From IMG/VR virus record IMGVR_UViG_3300030116_004829, positions 1 to 56,124 of that record: a stretch of 56,124 nt of DNA, one strand, 5' to 3'. Under the pieces are notes generated by a model. That model was not told the DNA's origin, did not search any database, and worked only from the letters and a program-made list of their open reading frames with translations. Positions within the stretch are counted from its first letter, which is position 1; each line of letters opens with the position of its first letter. The position numbers were made by a program, and so were the translations under genes. Of the stretch, positions 46,502 through 55,880 are shown piece by piece. This DNA comes from a virus (lineage: Duplodnaviria; Caudoviricetes).

Positions 46502-46903
46502 TTATTTCGTCAATCCTTTCTGTTTCTCGTATGTTCTTAAACCACCTATTCCTAGCATACCACCTAAAACTGTAAGTAATGTTCCCATTTCAAACTCTGG
46601 CAAACTAGGCATTTGCAAACCTATTATAGCAACTATAAAAATAATAACAGGCTGACAAATAAAATGATAGAAAAAAGCAATCCCACAGACCCAACCAATG
46701 AAAGGACGCCAGCCACCTTTAAAAAAGCTTCCAGAAGAAGCTTCTTCTTTATTAACTGCGATTTGTGCAAGTGCGATTTCTTGTGCATGTTTATCTGCCA
46801 TCGTTGCAAGTTCATGTGCTAATTTTGCTTTTTGATCTTTATCTTCTATAAATTTATCTAATAAATCTGTTGCTGGACCAACTAAGGATGTTAATAAACT
46901 CAT
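46502..46903 (-). CDS. Holin (3TM family)
   Basis: GWRPFIGWVC...GMLG.GGLRT.EK; adjacent to the endolysin. Confidence 0.85.
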   Translation of the reverse strand: MSLLTSLVGPATDLLDKFIEDKDQKAKLAHELATMADKHAQEIALAQIAVNKEEASSGSFFKGGWRPFIGWVCGIAFFYHFICQPVIIFIVAIIGLQMPSLPEFEMGTLLTVLGGMLGIGGLRTYEKQKGLTK

Positions 46904-46904
46904 T

Positions 46905-47735
46905 TTAATGTTTCTTTCTATTTTCTAACTTTTTTGTATTTGTTAATGATTGTTTGTCTAATAATGTAAAACCTCTGCGATTAGCAAATATTTCTGGATC
47001 TTTTTCCCATTTATCTGCGCAAGCTTCTAACCAACGCATTGTCATTTCATGAGTAGGTGCTTTGTTATTTTTCATTAATTCATTTTCAGCTTGTAAATAA
47101 GCAAATACTTCTGCTTGTGCTTGAGCACCATTAATCCCTAAATCAAATATATATATCATGTTTCCTTCATCTATAACTCCACCTCTTGGTCTAGCACTAG
47201 TCAAAGCTTGTTTCATAGCTGTCATTATATGATATCTGTTTTCTTCTCTCTCATACATTTCCTCTGTTATTTCATCGACACCTAAATGTTTTAACAAAGA
47301 ATTATATTGATTAATAAAAAAATTTAGTTTTCGTATAGCACCTTGTACAGAGTTTTGTGCATTTACAGAATGTGTTTGCATTTCTAGTATTTCTACTTCT
47401 AACATCTCACGATCTAAATCATCTTTACACTCTAATAATTCACGCTGTTTTATTTTTAATTCTACAGCTTTTTTCTGCAGATTTATTTGTGCTTCTTGTA
47501 AAGCACTTTTAGTTTTATCTACTTCAGCCAAAGTATGTTTGATAGAACGTATTGGTGTTATAGCAGTAACATCTAATGTAACACCCATAAATTGAGAATG
47601 TGACTTATAAAAATTGCTAGATGCCTGTTGTATCATAGGCATATTTTTATCTATGTTTTTTAACATAGTTTTATACTCTGGTTTCACTTCAGACAAAGTT
47701 GTTTGTATGTTTTTTATAACAAGTTCAGTTTTCAT
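46905..47735 (-). CDS. Coiled-coil hypothetical protein of the tail-fibre cassette
   Basis: 276 aa helical; TP.R and G.I..GN motifs. Confidence 0.7.
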   Translation of the reverse strand: MKTELVIKNIQTTLSEVKPEYKTMLKNIDKNMPMIQQASSNFYKSHSQFMGVTLDVTAITPIRSIKHTLAEVDKTKSALQEAQINLQKKAVELKIKQRELLECKDDLDREMLEVEILEMQTHSVNAQNSVQGAIRKLNFFINQYNSLLKHLGVDEITEEMYEREENRYHIMTAMKQALTSARPRGGVIDEGNMIYIFDLGINGAQAQAEVFAYLQAENELMKNNKAPTHEMTMRWLEACADKWEKDPEIFANRRGFTLLDKQSLTNTKKLENRKKH

Positions 47736-48092
47736 TTATTCCTCTTTAAATTGTATATCTGCATCCCATAAGTCTACATCATTAGGCAAAACACATTGTT
47801 CTGGTTTAAGCTTTTCATAGTTTAAATAATTTTTTTTAGAATACAAAATACATTTTACTTTTTTATAATTTAAATTATTAAGTGCTTGAAGTCTTTGATT
47901 TCCTACATCTACTACATAACCTTTGTTAGTTTCTGAAACAAACAATGGATTTTTTAATCCTTCTTTTTCTATAGATTCTGTTAATTTATTTAACATTTTA
48001 ATCCTTCTAGGATATTTTTCCCACCATTCTTTATTTCTATTAACTCCGTATAATAATTTTTTAACTGGTAATTCAACGCTATAATAATTCAT
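47736..48092 (-). CDS. ParB/Sulfiredoxin N-terminal-like domain protein
   Basis: L.ESI.KEGL.NPL...V.GNQRL.A. Confidence 0.65.
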   Translation of the reverse strand: MNYYSVELPVKKLLYGVNRNKEWWEKYPRRIKMLNKLTESIEKEGLKNPLFVSETNKGYVVDVGNQRLQALNNLNYKKVKCILYSKKNYLNYEKLKPEQCVLPNDVDLWDADIQFKEE

Positions 48093-48436
48093 TATCCACC
48101 ATTTAATGTTGTTAAATCATTCCAAATTTTTGTAGCATGAGTTTCTGGAACGAAATTTTCACTTTCTCCTTCTGCATTTATTTGTTTCCATTTCATAGCA
48201 TTGTTCATGTCTGTAAGATAAATTATTAAATCATCTTTACTGGCGATCTCTCCTTCAGAACCAGATATATCTGCACCATCATCTGCTATTCCAAGAAAAA
48301 TATTATCTCTTGGACTTTTTGTACTATTATCTTTAACAGGATACATACCACCTGTTCCTTGAAGCACACCAAACTTTAGAAAAGTTGGAATTGTACCTTC
48401 GGCTGTTAATCTATATTTAACTACTTTATATGCCAT
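48092..48436 (-). CDS. Hypothetical protein (possible tail-fibre chaperone)
   Basis: KY.L...GTIP N-terminus; directly downstream of the fibre gene. Confidence 0.6.
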   Translation of the reverse strand: MAYKVVKYRLTAEGTIPTFLKFGVLQGTGGMYPVKDNSTKSPRDNIFLGIADDGADISGSEGEIASKDDLIIYLTDMNNAMKWKQINAEGESENFVPETHATKIWNDLTTLNGG

Positions 48437-48445
48437 TTTTACTAC

Positions 48446-50494
48446 CTATTGTGCTATTGCGTAAAAAAAGTATGATCCAGTTGTAAATCCACTAGCTATC
48501 TGAAAACCACTGCTAAGTGGATCAATAAAATCTGTATTTGTAACTTCTGCATCTTGTGTATTCATTAAAAAATAAGGATCATTACCAGATACAATACCTC
48601 TGGCACTATCCCACAAATACCAATCACCAGTACTATCTGTTCTTTTAACAATAACTAATGATGACCCAGAGCTAAATCCACAATCTACATCTGTACTACT
48701 TCCATTAGTATGACTAAATGTTCCCACTTTACTAATACCTGCAAGTGTTGCAAATAAACAAGCTAAATAGGTACTAGTGCTATTATTTACAAAGTAATCT
48801 GCACTAACTGAAAATACACTTGATGTAGGACCAGTATCACTCATAATTGCTTCATCAACTTCTGCTGCATTTGTATCTAAATAAAGTGTAGTATCATTTG
48901 TTGCAGTTGCATTCGGTAAATGAAGTGAAGTTACAACCCAACCTCTTGTAGCTCCTGCGTCAGATGTTCTTAACTTTATCCAAATCATGTCTGGAACAAC
49001 ACCTAAGTTGTGAGTAATTGTCCTACCATCTGATCCATTCCCATCATATGTAATCACATCAAAAAATCCTGGTGCTCTTCTCCATGCATAACCATATTGA
49101 TTTTGAGTCCAAATAGAATTTGAAACCCATTTATTATTATAATCCATTCCCCATCCATAAGATGTACCACTAAAAGTAGTTCGAGAAGTATCATTATTGG
49201 TTCTTAAATAGTTACCACTAGTTTCTGTTTGTCCCATAAGTCTAGGAACAACAGGTATATTATCTGAACCACCAGATGTGTTAGGATTCAAAATCAGATC
49301 AACAGGAAAATTAGTTGTATAATCTCTAGCACCACTCGCACCAGATAGAGCTTCAACTGCAAACACACTAGCTCTCGTTGTAGGTGTTTTCATTGGTCCT
49401 CTTCGAATTGCGACATACACGTAAGAAGATCCAGCTGCATTGCTAAAATACCAAGATCCTTTTACTTTAAAACCTGTAGAAGTAGGTTCTAATACATCAT
49501 CTTGTGAATCTTCTGCATTAACAGCATCAGCAAAAAGACCTGCATCTTTAGCAGTTGTAAGTCCTCTAATGTTATCAAACATTATCCAACCTGCTGCACC
49601 TCCTACTGAACGCTTTATCATAATCCATTGTGGCTCAAATCCTAAAGTTATATTAGCATCACCACCTGATCCATTGTAAGTTCCACATTGTATCATACCA
49701 TCTGAAGTCGTATCATGTCCAAAAAGATATAATATGTATTCTGCACCACTACCATTAACTGAATTATATTGTGCTACTGTAACTTCTGTGGATGTCGGCT
49801 CTGTATTGTACCAAGGCTCATCTGAAGTTGTAACATTATCAGTTGTATTAAGTTTTAAATATTTAGTTGCTCCTGGACCTCTATGGTAACAATACCAAGG
49901 CTCACCATTAGCATCTATTCTTTTCACTATCATAAATCCTGGAACAGCACCTAAATTATGACTGATAGTTCTTCCTGCTGTTCCATTTCCTGTATATTTT
50001 ACCATATCAAAAAACTTTGGTGCTTTTCTAAATGTCCAAGCTACATAGTCATTTGAACTTGAATTAATTTGATTGTCGGATGTGTTTAAGCTCCAGCCTG
50101 TGCTTGTAAATGCTTGCCCAAAGAAAGCTCCATCACTTCCATTAGTAGTAGAAGTTCGGAGAATCATGCCATTCCCTCTTTCAGTGTCAAATAAATTGTG
50201 ATATTCAGCTATATCACGACCTTTATGCCATACCAATCCACCTTCACCAGTAAGGTTAACATTATTAGTAACAGTTAAAGAGCCACTAGCACCTGTATAA
50301 ACATCAATACTAAATATATTTTCTATATGTTTAGATGTATTTTCATTTCCTGCTGTTGGCCAAAGACTTTGTTTGTTAAGCATTTCAGCTTCACTTAATG
50401 TCCATATTCCTGAAGCAGAAGTATCTTGAAAGTTATCAGCAGGAATAGTTTTTGTTTCGTCTGCTGTAATTAATCCACCTAAATATCTTGTCAT
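48446..50494 (-). CDS. Tail fibre / receptor-binding protein with internal repeats
   Basis: Repeated FFD.V.Y.GNG...HNLG..P..I..K.R and CG.Y.G...GF.P units. Confidence 0.75.
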   Translation of the reverse strand: MTRYLGGLITADETKTIPADNFQDTSASGIWTLSEAEMLNKQSLWPTAGNENTSKHIENIFSIDVYTGASGSLTVTNNVNLTGEGGLVWHKGRDIAEYHNLFDTERGNGMILRTSTTNGSDGAFFGQAFTSTGWSLNTSDNQINSSSNDYVAWTFRKAPKFFDMVKYTGNGTAGRTISHNLGAVPGFMIVKRIDANGEPWYCYHRGPGATKYLKLNTTDNVTTSDEPWYNTEPTSTEVTVAQYNSVNGSGAEYILYLFGHDTTSDGMIQCGTYNGSGGDANITLGFEPQWIMIKRSVGGAAGWIMFDNIRGLTTAKDAGLFADAVNAEDSQDDVLEPTSTGFKVKGSWYFSNAAGSSYVYVAIRRGPMKTPTTRASVFAVEALSGASGARDYTTNFPVDLILNPNTSGGSDNIPVVPRLMGQTETSGNYLRTNNDTSRTTFSGTSYGWGMDYNNKWVSNSIWTQNQYGYAWRRAPGFFDVITYDGNGSDGRTITHNLGVVPDMIWIKLRTSDAGATRGWVVTSLHLPNATATNDTTLYLDTNAAEVDEAIMSDTGPTSSVFSVSADYFVNNSTSTYLACLFATLAGISKVGTFSHTNGSSTDVDCGFSSGSSLVIVKRTDSTGDWYLWDSARGIVSGNDPYFLMNTQDAEVTNTDFIDPLSSGFQIASGFTTGSYFFYAIAQ

Positions 50495-51477
50495 TATGCT
50501 AATCCTCCATGAGATGACGAAACACCAGAACTTCCTGAAAGATACCCTCTAGCATTTACTAAGTCACCAAAATCTGTTGCATTCCCTAGTGAAGTTATAA
50601 CTACTTGGTCTATTGTGTTTACATAAGTAGTACCTGATGCAATCCCACCTGCCCAAACACCTATTGTCTTTCCAGAAGCAGATGTAACTGTATATCTCGC
50701 TTGTGTTAAATCGCCAAAATCTGTGGCATTAGAAGCACTAGCCATTGTAATATAATCAATTACATTTGAATAAGATCCTGCTGCATAACCACCACCAAAA
50801 ATACCTCTTGTAGCATTAGAAACACCACCAAAACCATAATCAGATCTTGTTAAGTCTCCAAAGTCACTGGCATTACCTTCTGATGCTATTGTAACAAAAT
50901 CAATTACATTTACAGTGGCTGCTGTTCCACCTGCCCATATTCCTCTTGTTGGAGAAGAACAAGATGCTCTATAACTTTTCGTAACTGTCAAGTCTCCGAA
51001 ATCTGAGGAATTTGATAAAATGTTAAGAGTAACAAAATCAATTATATTAACTGTGCTTGCTGCATTTTCTCCTGAACCATAAAGACCTCTTGTATGATTA
51101 GATGCACAAGCTGCATTTTGCCTAACTGTCGTTAAATCTCCAAAATCTTGACCATTCCCTGCTGAAGCAAAAGTTACATATTCCAATGTATTAACAGCAT
51201 AATTTGGAGCACCTGTTTGTCCTAAACTATAAACTGCCCTTGTTGTATTACCTGCTGCACCAACAGCATAAGCACCTGTACTCATGTCACCAAAATCACT
51301 AGCATTGCCTGTGCTTGCTAAGTTCCTTTGATCAATATAATTCTGTCCACCAGAACCTGCTGATCCACCAAAGAACAAAGCAATTTGTTGAAATATTTCT
51401 GGTGGATTAGACCAAAGACTTCCTTGTTGAGCAACACCTTGTTGTCTTAAATCCCATACTCCAGAATAATTAGGCAT
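50494..51477 (-). CDS. Kelch-like repeat (DFGDL) beta-propeller protein
   Basis: Six ~47-50 aa repeats RG...GG...ID..T....N..DFGD; start at MPNYSGVW. Confidence 0.75.
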   Translation of the reverse strand: MPNYSGVWDLRQQGVAQQGSLWSNPPEIFQQIALFFGGSAGSGGQNYIDQRNLASTGNASDFGDMSTGAYAVGAAGNTTRAVYSLGQTGAPNYAVNTLEYVTFASAGNGQDFGDLTTVRQNAACASNHTRGLYGSGENAASTVNIIDFVTLNILSNSSDFGDLTVTKSYRASCSSPTRGIWAGGTAATVNVIDFVTIASEGNASDFGDLTRSDYGFGGVSNATRGIFGGGYAAGSYSNVIDYITMASASNATDFGDLTQARYTVTSASGKTIGVWAGGIASGTTYVNTIDQVVITSLGNATDFGDLVNARGYLSGSSGVSSSHGGLA

Positions 51478-52667
51478 TATTGCAATCCTCCATGAGAAGT
51501 TGAAAAACAAGAAAGTCCATTTGTTTCAGCGTTTGTTAAGTCACCAAAATCACTAGCATTGCCTAATGAAGCTATGGTAATATAATCAATTCCAGTGCTA
51601 TTGCCTACATATTCACCTGCAATTAAAGCTCTTGTGTTTGAACAGCCTGAAGCATGATAACGTACAGAGTTTGTTAAGTCACCAAAATCAGTTCCATTAG
51701 ATGCTGCTGCAATAGTAATATATTCTATAATATTTAGTTGCCCACTTCCTGCATCACCACCTGAAATTATACCTCTTGTTGAACTCGAGCAACTAGCTGT
51801 ACCATTCCTACCTACAGTTAAGTCACCAAAATCGGTGGAATTGCCTAAACTCATAATTGTAACATAATCTATTACATTTATAGAAGTTTGCCCACCACTA
51901 AATACAGCTCTTGTCGGAGAAGCACAACCTGATACTATAACTCTCGCTGTAAGTAAATTACCAAAGTCAGAAGCATTGCCTTCACTTGCAATAGTAACAT
52001 ATTCTATAGTATCTGATGCAGCATATGATGAATTAAAACCTTGAGTAAAAACACCTCTTGTACCATTACCACCACCTGCTCCAGATTGAGCACTAGTTAC
52101 ACTTAGTTCTCCAAAATTTGTACCTGCTCCTGCACTTGCAAGATTTAATTTTTCAATTTTTCTAGATGATGCTGCAGAAGTATTAGCATCATAACCACAC
52201 TGCACTCCTCTAGTTGCAGATGAAGCTGTTGGAGGATAATATGCTGCATATTGCATTGCATATCCCCAATCAGTAGTATTACCTAAAGAAGAAATGTTTG
52301 AATAAAAAACATTAACAGTTGTCCTGCCAAGCCAAAATACTCTAGGGATTGGAGGAATTGCTGTAGTAGCAGAGCTATAAGGACTTGAACCAAAAGCATT
52401 GTTCGCAAGACCTGTAACAGAATAGCTTGTGCCATTTGTTAATCCAGTTATGGTTATAGGACTTGTCGCACTTGTTGTTCCTGTAGATACACCACTTGCT
52501 ATTATTGTCGCTGTATAAGAGCTAATAGCACCACCACCCACATCTGATGGATTAGTAAAAGCAACTTGAAGTTGAGAATCTCCTGTTGTAACACTTATTT
52601 CAGGTGCATCTGGTGCTCTTAGTTGGTCAAAGCCACCTATTAAACCACCTTTGTTACGAGTACCCAT
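51477..52667 (-). CDS. FN3 domain plus Kelch-like (DFGDL) repeat protein
   Basis: APDAP...GG..I.SY...GLTNGTSY...N.FG FN3 signature, followed by DFGDL repeats. Confidence 0.78.
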   Translation of the reverse strand: MGTRNKGGLIGGFDQLRAPDAPEISVTTGDSQLQVAFTNPSDVGGGAISSYTATIIASGVSTGTTSATSPITITGLTNGTSYSVTGLANNAFGSSPYSSATTAIPPIPRVFWLGRTTVNVFYSNISSLGNTTDWGYAMQYAAYYPPTASSATRGVQCGYDANTSAASSRKIEKLNLASAGAGTNFGELSVTSAQSGAGGGNGTRGVFTQGFNSSYAASDTIEYVTIASEGNASDFGNLLTARVIVSGCASPTRAVFSGGQTSINVIDYVTIMSLGNSTDFGDLTVGRNGTASCSSSTRGIISGGDAGSGQLNIIEYITIAAASNGTDFGDLTNSVRYHASGCSNTRALIAGEYVGNSTGIDYITIASLGNASDFGDLTNAETNGLSCFSTSHGGLQ

Positions 52668-52677
52668 TTAAAATCCT

Positions 52678-53052
52678 TTAGCTTAATTCCTCATATGTAA
52701 TTGTACAAGCTAAATCATTTGCTGCACTTGCTGTAACTCCAATAGAAGTATCTTCCTCTAAATATAAACCCATATTTTTATCTATTACCACTAATGAAGC
52801 ATCAGCAGGTACTGAAATTGTAGAAGCTAATAATACAGCTGTTCCTGCAATATCATCTTGTGGATAAATCCCTACAGTTATTGTAGCTGCATTTGTACCA
52901 TCTACATTTGCGACTACCAATGAATTTACTTTTATTACTTTGCCAGACGATGCTGTATTTTCTAATAATTTAGTTGCACTTGTTGTAGACAACAAAAGTG
53001 TATCTGTTTTTGCTGTAATTGTTGCAACATTTACTATATTTGGTGCTGCCAT
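52678..53052 (-). CDS. Small beta-sandwich tail protein
   Basis: MAAPNIVNV...VANVDG...ISVPADASL...YLEE...YEE. Confidence 0.72.
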   Translation of the reverse strand: MAAPNIVNVATITAKTDTLLLSTTSATKLLENTASSGKVIKVNSLVVANVDGTNAATITVGIYPQDDIAGTAVLLASTISVPADASLVVIDKNMGLYLEEDTSIGVTASAANDLACTITYEELS

Positions 53053-53066
53053 TTTTTATCTCCTTG

Positions 53067-53540
53067 TTATCCAAATACCATTGCCATTGCGATTGCTTTT
53101 CCAGTAGTGGCAGCTGATGAAGATATTCCTGCATCTTGAACTGCAGCTCCTGCACCTGCTCCATCTAAATAAACTATTCTTATTTCATTAGGAACAATTG
53201 TGACTTCATTTCCAGAACCTTGTTTTATAATTATGTTCTGACTGCCACTAGTCGCATTTTCAATTATGTGAACTCTTTTTAAAGTGTTTGGACCAATTGT
53301 AATTGTACAAGCAGAATCTAATGTGCCAGTGTATTTAATATACATTGCTCTTGCTTCATCTGCTGAACCATCTGCAACAGTACTAGCATGAGTGTCTGCA
53401 TTGGTTGTTATGGCTTCTGTTCCATATCCAACTGCCTGACCTATTAATTCAAGATTGGTATTTGTGGATGTACCCCAAGTACCAGATTCTGCACCAGTTG
53501 CAATTTCTTTTAATCTTAAATTATTTACATATGTTGCCAT
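53067..53540 (-). CDS. Tail fibre proximal/anchor protein
   Basis: TG..SGTWG..TNTNL and C-terminal GKAIAMAMVFG. Confidence 0.72.
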   Translation of the reverse strand: MATYVNNLRLKEIATGAESGTWGTSTNTNLELIGQAVGYGTEAITTNADTHASTVADGSADEARAMYIKYTGTLDSACTITIGPNTLKRVHIIENATSGSQNIIIKQGSGNEVTIVPNEIRIVYLDGAGAGAAVQDAGISSSAATTGKAIAMAMVFG

Positions 53541-53977
53541 TAATCTATCCTAACTATCGCATTGCTTGCAGTCGCAGCAGGAAAAACTATTTTAAAAGTA
53601 CCACCTGCAACAGTAAAATCTCCACCGAAATTTAAAACTGCGATTGCACCTCTAGAATTTGATGAAGAATCTCCTAGAGTTTTATTATAAATTAAAGCAC
53701 CTCTTGCAGTGAAAGTAGCAGTAGTCCATTCTGGATCAGCTGCATCGAATACACCACTTGTACTATTTTCTGTCACTGCTTTACTTGATAAAGCAACTCC
53801 ACCTGCTGAATAGCCAGTTCCACTAACTTCATTAGATGTAGTGTAACCATCTGTGGCTGCATCTAAAGATGCAGAACTAGTATAAAGTGCGATATGAATT
53901 GTATCTGTATCCAGATGATGATCACCTAGTAACAAATCTTTTTTGAACAATGTACACATTGCTTGAGTTATAGCCAT
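53540..53977 (-). CDS. Conserved tail structural protein
   Basis: MAITQAMC..FK, IALYTS.A, GY.AGG, TARGALIYN and L.FG.D. Confidence 0.75.
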   Translation of the reverse strand: MAITQAMCTLFKKDLLLGDHHLDTDTIHIALYTSSASLDAATDGYTTSNEVSGTGYSAGGVALSSKAVTENSTSGVFDAADPEWTTATFTARGALIYNKTLGDSSSNSRGAIAVLNFGGDFTVAGGTFKIVFPAATASNAIVRID

Positions 53978-53979
53978 TT

Positions 53980-54603
53980 TTAAATACCTCCGTCGTATTC
54001 TGCTGCATAATTACGTTGCATTTCTTGAGCAAACAAATTTACAGCTTCTTCAAATTGAGTTTTATATAATTGTAGCGTTTCTCCTGCTTTAAGGAAAGCA
54101 GAACTTTCATAAAGTGCTGCTGACAATAAAACATTTGGAGCGTTAGTGTCAATCCAAGTGTTTGCATTGCTTGAACTTAAACCAGTTTCAGGAGCAATAA
54201 AATCAACTTGGTAAGCAAGATCAGCAGATGGTGTTGGAGCAATTGTAATTATTGTTCCGTCATCACCTGAAGATTTAGTGCTATACATTATTGGTGTTCC
54301 TGTGTTAGAAGAATTTGGCCAATAATCTCTTAAATAAGAATCAACTCTATGATTCAAATAAACTTTATTGCTAGAATCAGTAATACAAACTTGTCTTATC
54401 ATTCTAGCGTTTGCAATAGTATATTCTGATGTGTTTGTAATTAATGTTCCTGTAAATGTATTTCTAAAACAAGGTAGATTAGGCAACCTTTGGAATACCA
54501 TAGATTCAGCTTGAGCTATTATATCATCAATAGATGCAACAAACTCTGAACCATCATTTTCAATAAAATTTTGTATTTTAGTTTTTAAAGTTGTATAGCT
54601 CAT
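53980..54603 (-). CDS. Head-tail adaptor protein (P22 gp4-like)
   Basis: Y..LK..I....E, G.P..Y, IAPTP, N.W....P..LL.A.L.E. Confidence 0.75.
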   Translation of the reverse strand: MSYTTLKTKIQNFIENDGSEFVASIDDIIAQAESMVFQRLPNLPCFRNTFTGTLITNTSEYTIANARMIRQVCITDSSNKVYLNHRVDSYLRDYWPNSSNTGTPIMYSTKSSGDDGTIITIAPTPSADLAYQVDFIAPETGLSSSNANTWIDTNAPNVLLSAALYESSAFLKAGETLQLYKTQFEEAVNLFAQEMQRNYAAEYDGGI

Positions 54604-55880
54604 TAATTACCCCAAGTTCCATCACCCCAAGTACCAGAACCCCATTCTTGATTTACTGTTACTGATTCATCACCTACACCACCAGTGCCACCAAGCCCAG
54701 TTTCAGCTATTGTAACAACAACTGCCTCATTGCCTACGCCACCTGTTCCACCTAATCCAGTTTCATTTATACTTAATTGTACACTTTCGTCATTTGTTTC
54801 TCCTGGATTACCTGCTCTACCAGTTCCTGCCTGACCAGTAACATCTAAATTTAAATCTGCAACAACTGTTTCATTACCTACACCACCAGTTCCTCCTGTT
54901 CCACTTACACCACCAGAACCTGCAATAATTGCTGTACCTACACCACCAGTTCCTCCTAATCCAGCTTCAATTATTGAAAGCTCAAAAGCCTCAGTTCCTA
55001 CACCACCAGTACCACCAAGTCCAGTTTCAGCTATTGAAACTTGTGGAGTTTCATTACCTACACCACCAGTTCCTCCTGGACCAGTTGGAGATGCTAATAT
55101 TCTTAAACCTTCTATACCAACTTCACCTGCACCACCTAATGACCCAACACCAATAACAGCTGCAATTTCAACAGTTGAAATCGTATCAACTACATTTATT
55201 GTATTACCCATGCCATTGCCATGAACAGTGCAATAATATTTTAATGTATCAGGTGCATCTGAAGGAACAGCAAATACAACTGTCGCACCTGAATCTCCTG
55301 CTGTTCCATTTACTGTAACTCCAGAAGTATAAGCTGCATCAGCAGATGTTCTAAATGCTAAAGGATGGCCATCATTTGTACTATCGCTTTGATCAAAAGT
55401 ATATGTAGCACCTCTTCTTAATGTAAGAACTGGATTAGTAGATCCATTTAATGCAAATTTATTACCACTACTATCTACAACAGTTACAGTATAAGTTCTA
55501 GTTCCAACACCTGCACCTGCTTCACCTAAACCACCAACACCAGTTAGAGCAAAAGATGTTTCTAAATCTGTGTTTCTAAAACCGACTTCACTTTTTCCTC
55601 CAGGAGCATTTTTACTTATAGTTCTTGGGTCTACAGACCAATCATAATTAAATCCTACAAAAATAGTTGCATTTTCAGGATCGTTGTCTGGTCTTGGATT
55701 AAATAGACTAGTTGCATCTATTACATTTTTTGCAGGAGTTAATTGTGGATGCTTTGATTCAAATTCTTCAGGCTCAACACGTAAATTATCCCATGTAGTT
55801 TTAAGTTGAGTGTATCTAACTTTAAAACCACTTCTGTCGCTTATTGCGTAAGATTTTTTGCCTTTTGCGTTTCTTGCCAT
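54603..55880 (-). CDS. Virion protein: conserved N-domain, cupredoxin-like domain and Gly-rich repeats
   Basis: SDRSGF...E.KHPQL N-terminus; GHPL...YYCTVH..GMG; GLGGTGGVG.E repeats; WG.G.WG end. Confidence 0.7.
   Translation of the reverse strand: MARNAKGKKSYAISDRSGFKVRYTQLKTTWDNLRVEPEEFESKHPQLTPAKNVIDATSLFNPRPDNDPENATIFVGFNYDWSVDPRTISKNAPGGKSEVGFRNTDLETSFALTGVGGLGEAGAGVGTRTYTVTVVDSSGNKFALNGSTNPVLTLRRGATYTFDQSDSTNDGHPLAFRTSADAAYTSGVTVNGTAGDSGATVVFAVPSDAPDTLKYYCTVHGNGMGNTINVVDTISTVEIAAVIGVGSLGGAGEVGIEGLRILASPTGPGGTGGVGNETPQVSIAETGLGGTGGVGTEAFELSIIEAGLGGTGGVGTAIIAGSGGVSGTGGTGGVGNETVVADLNLDVTGQAGTGRAGNPGETNDESVQLSINETGLGGTGGVGNEAVVVTIAETGLGGTGGVGDESVTVNQEWGSGTWGDGTWGN
54673..55080. repeat. 60-nt-period coding tandem repeat
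   Basis: CCTACACCACCAGT at 54673, 54877, 54937, 54997 and 55057 (variant at 54733); encodes 20-aa G.GGTGGVG units. Confidence 0.85.

Noticed and set aside
50494-52667. Diversity-generating retroelement template/variable repeats
   Set aside because: The similarity reflects protein repeats, differences are not adenine-specific, and no reverse transcriptase is present.
54673-55080. CRISPR-like array (regular 60-nt period)
   Set aside because: Units are in-frame codon repeats of a Gly-rich protein with third-position variation; no unique spacers and no cas genes.
188-55156. Many 60-110 aa ORFs antisense or out of frame to long genes (e.g. 188-391, 1979-2167, 19333-19671, 30390-30635, 37569-37898)
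   Set aside because: Shadow ORFs overlapping well-supported genes, with no RBS or recognisable motifs.
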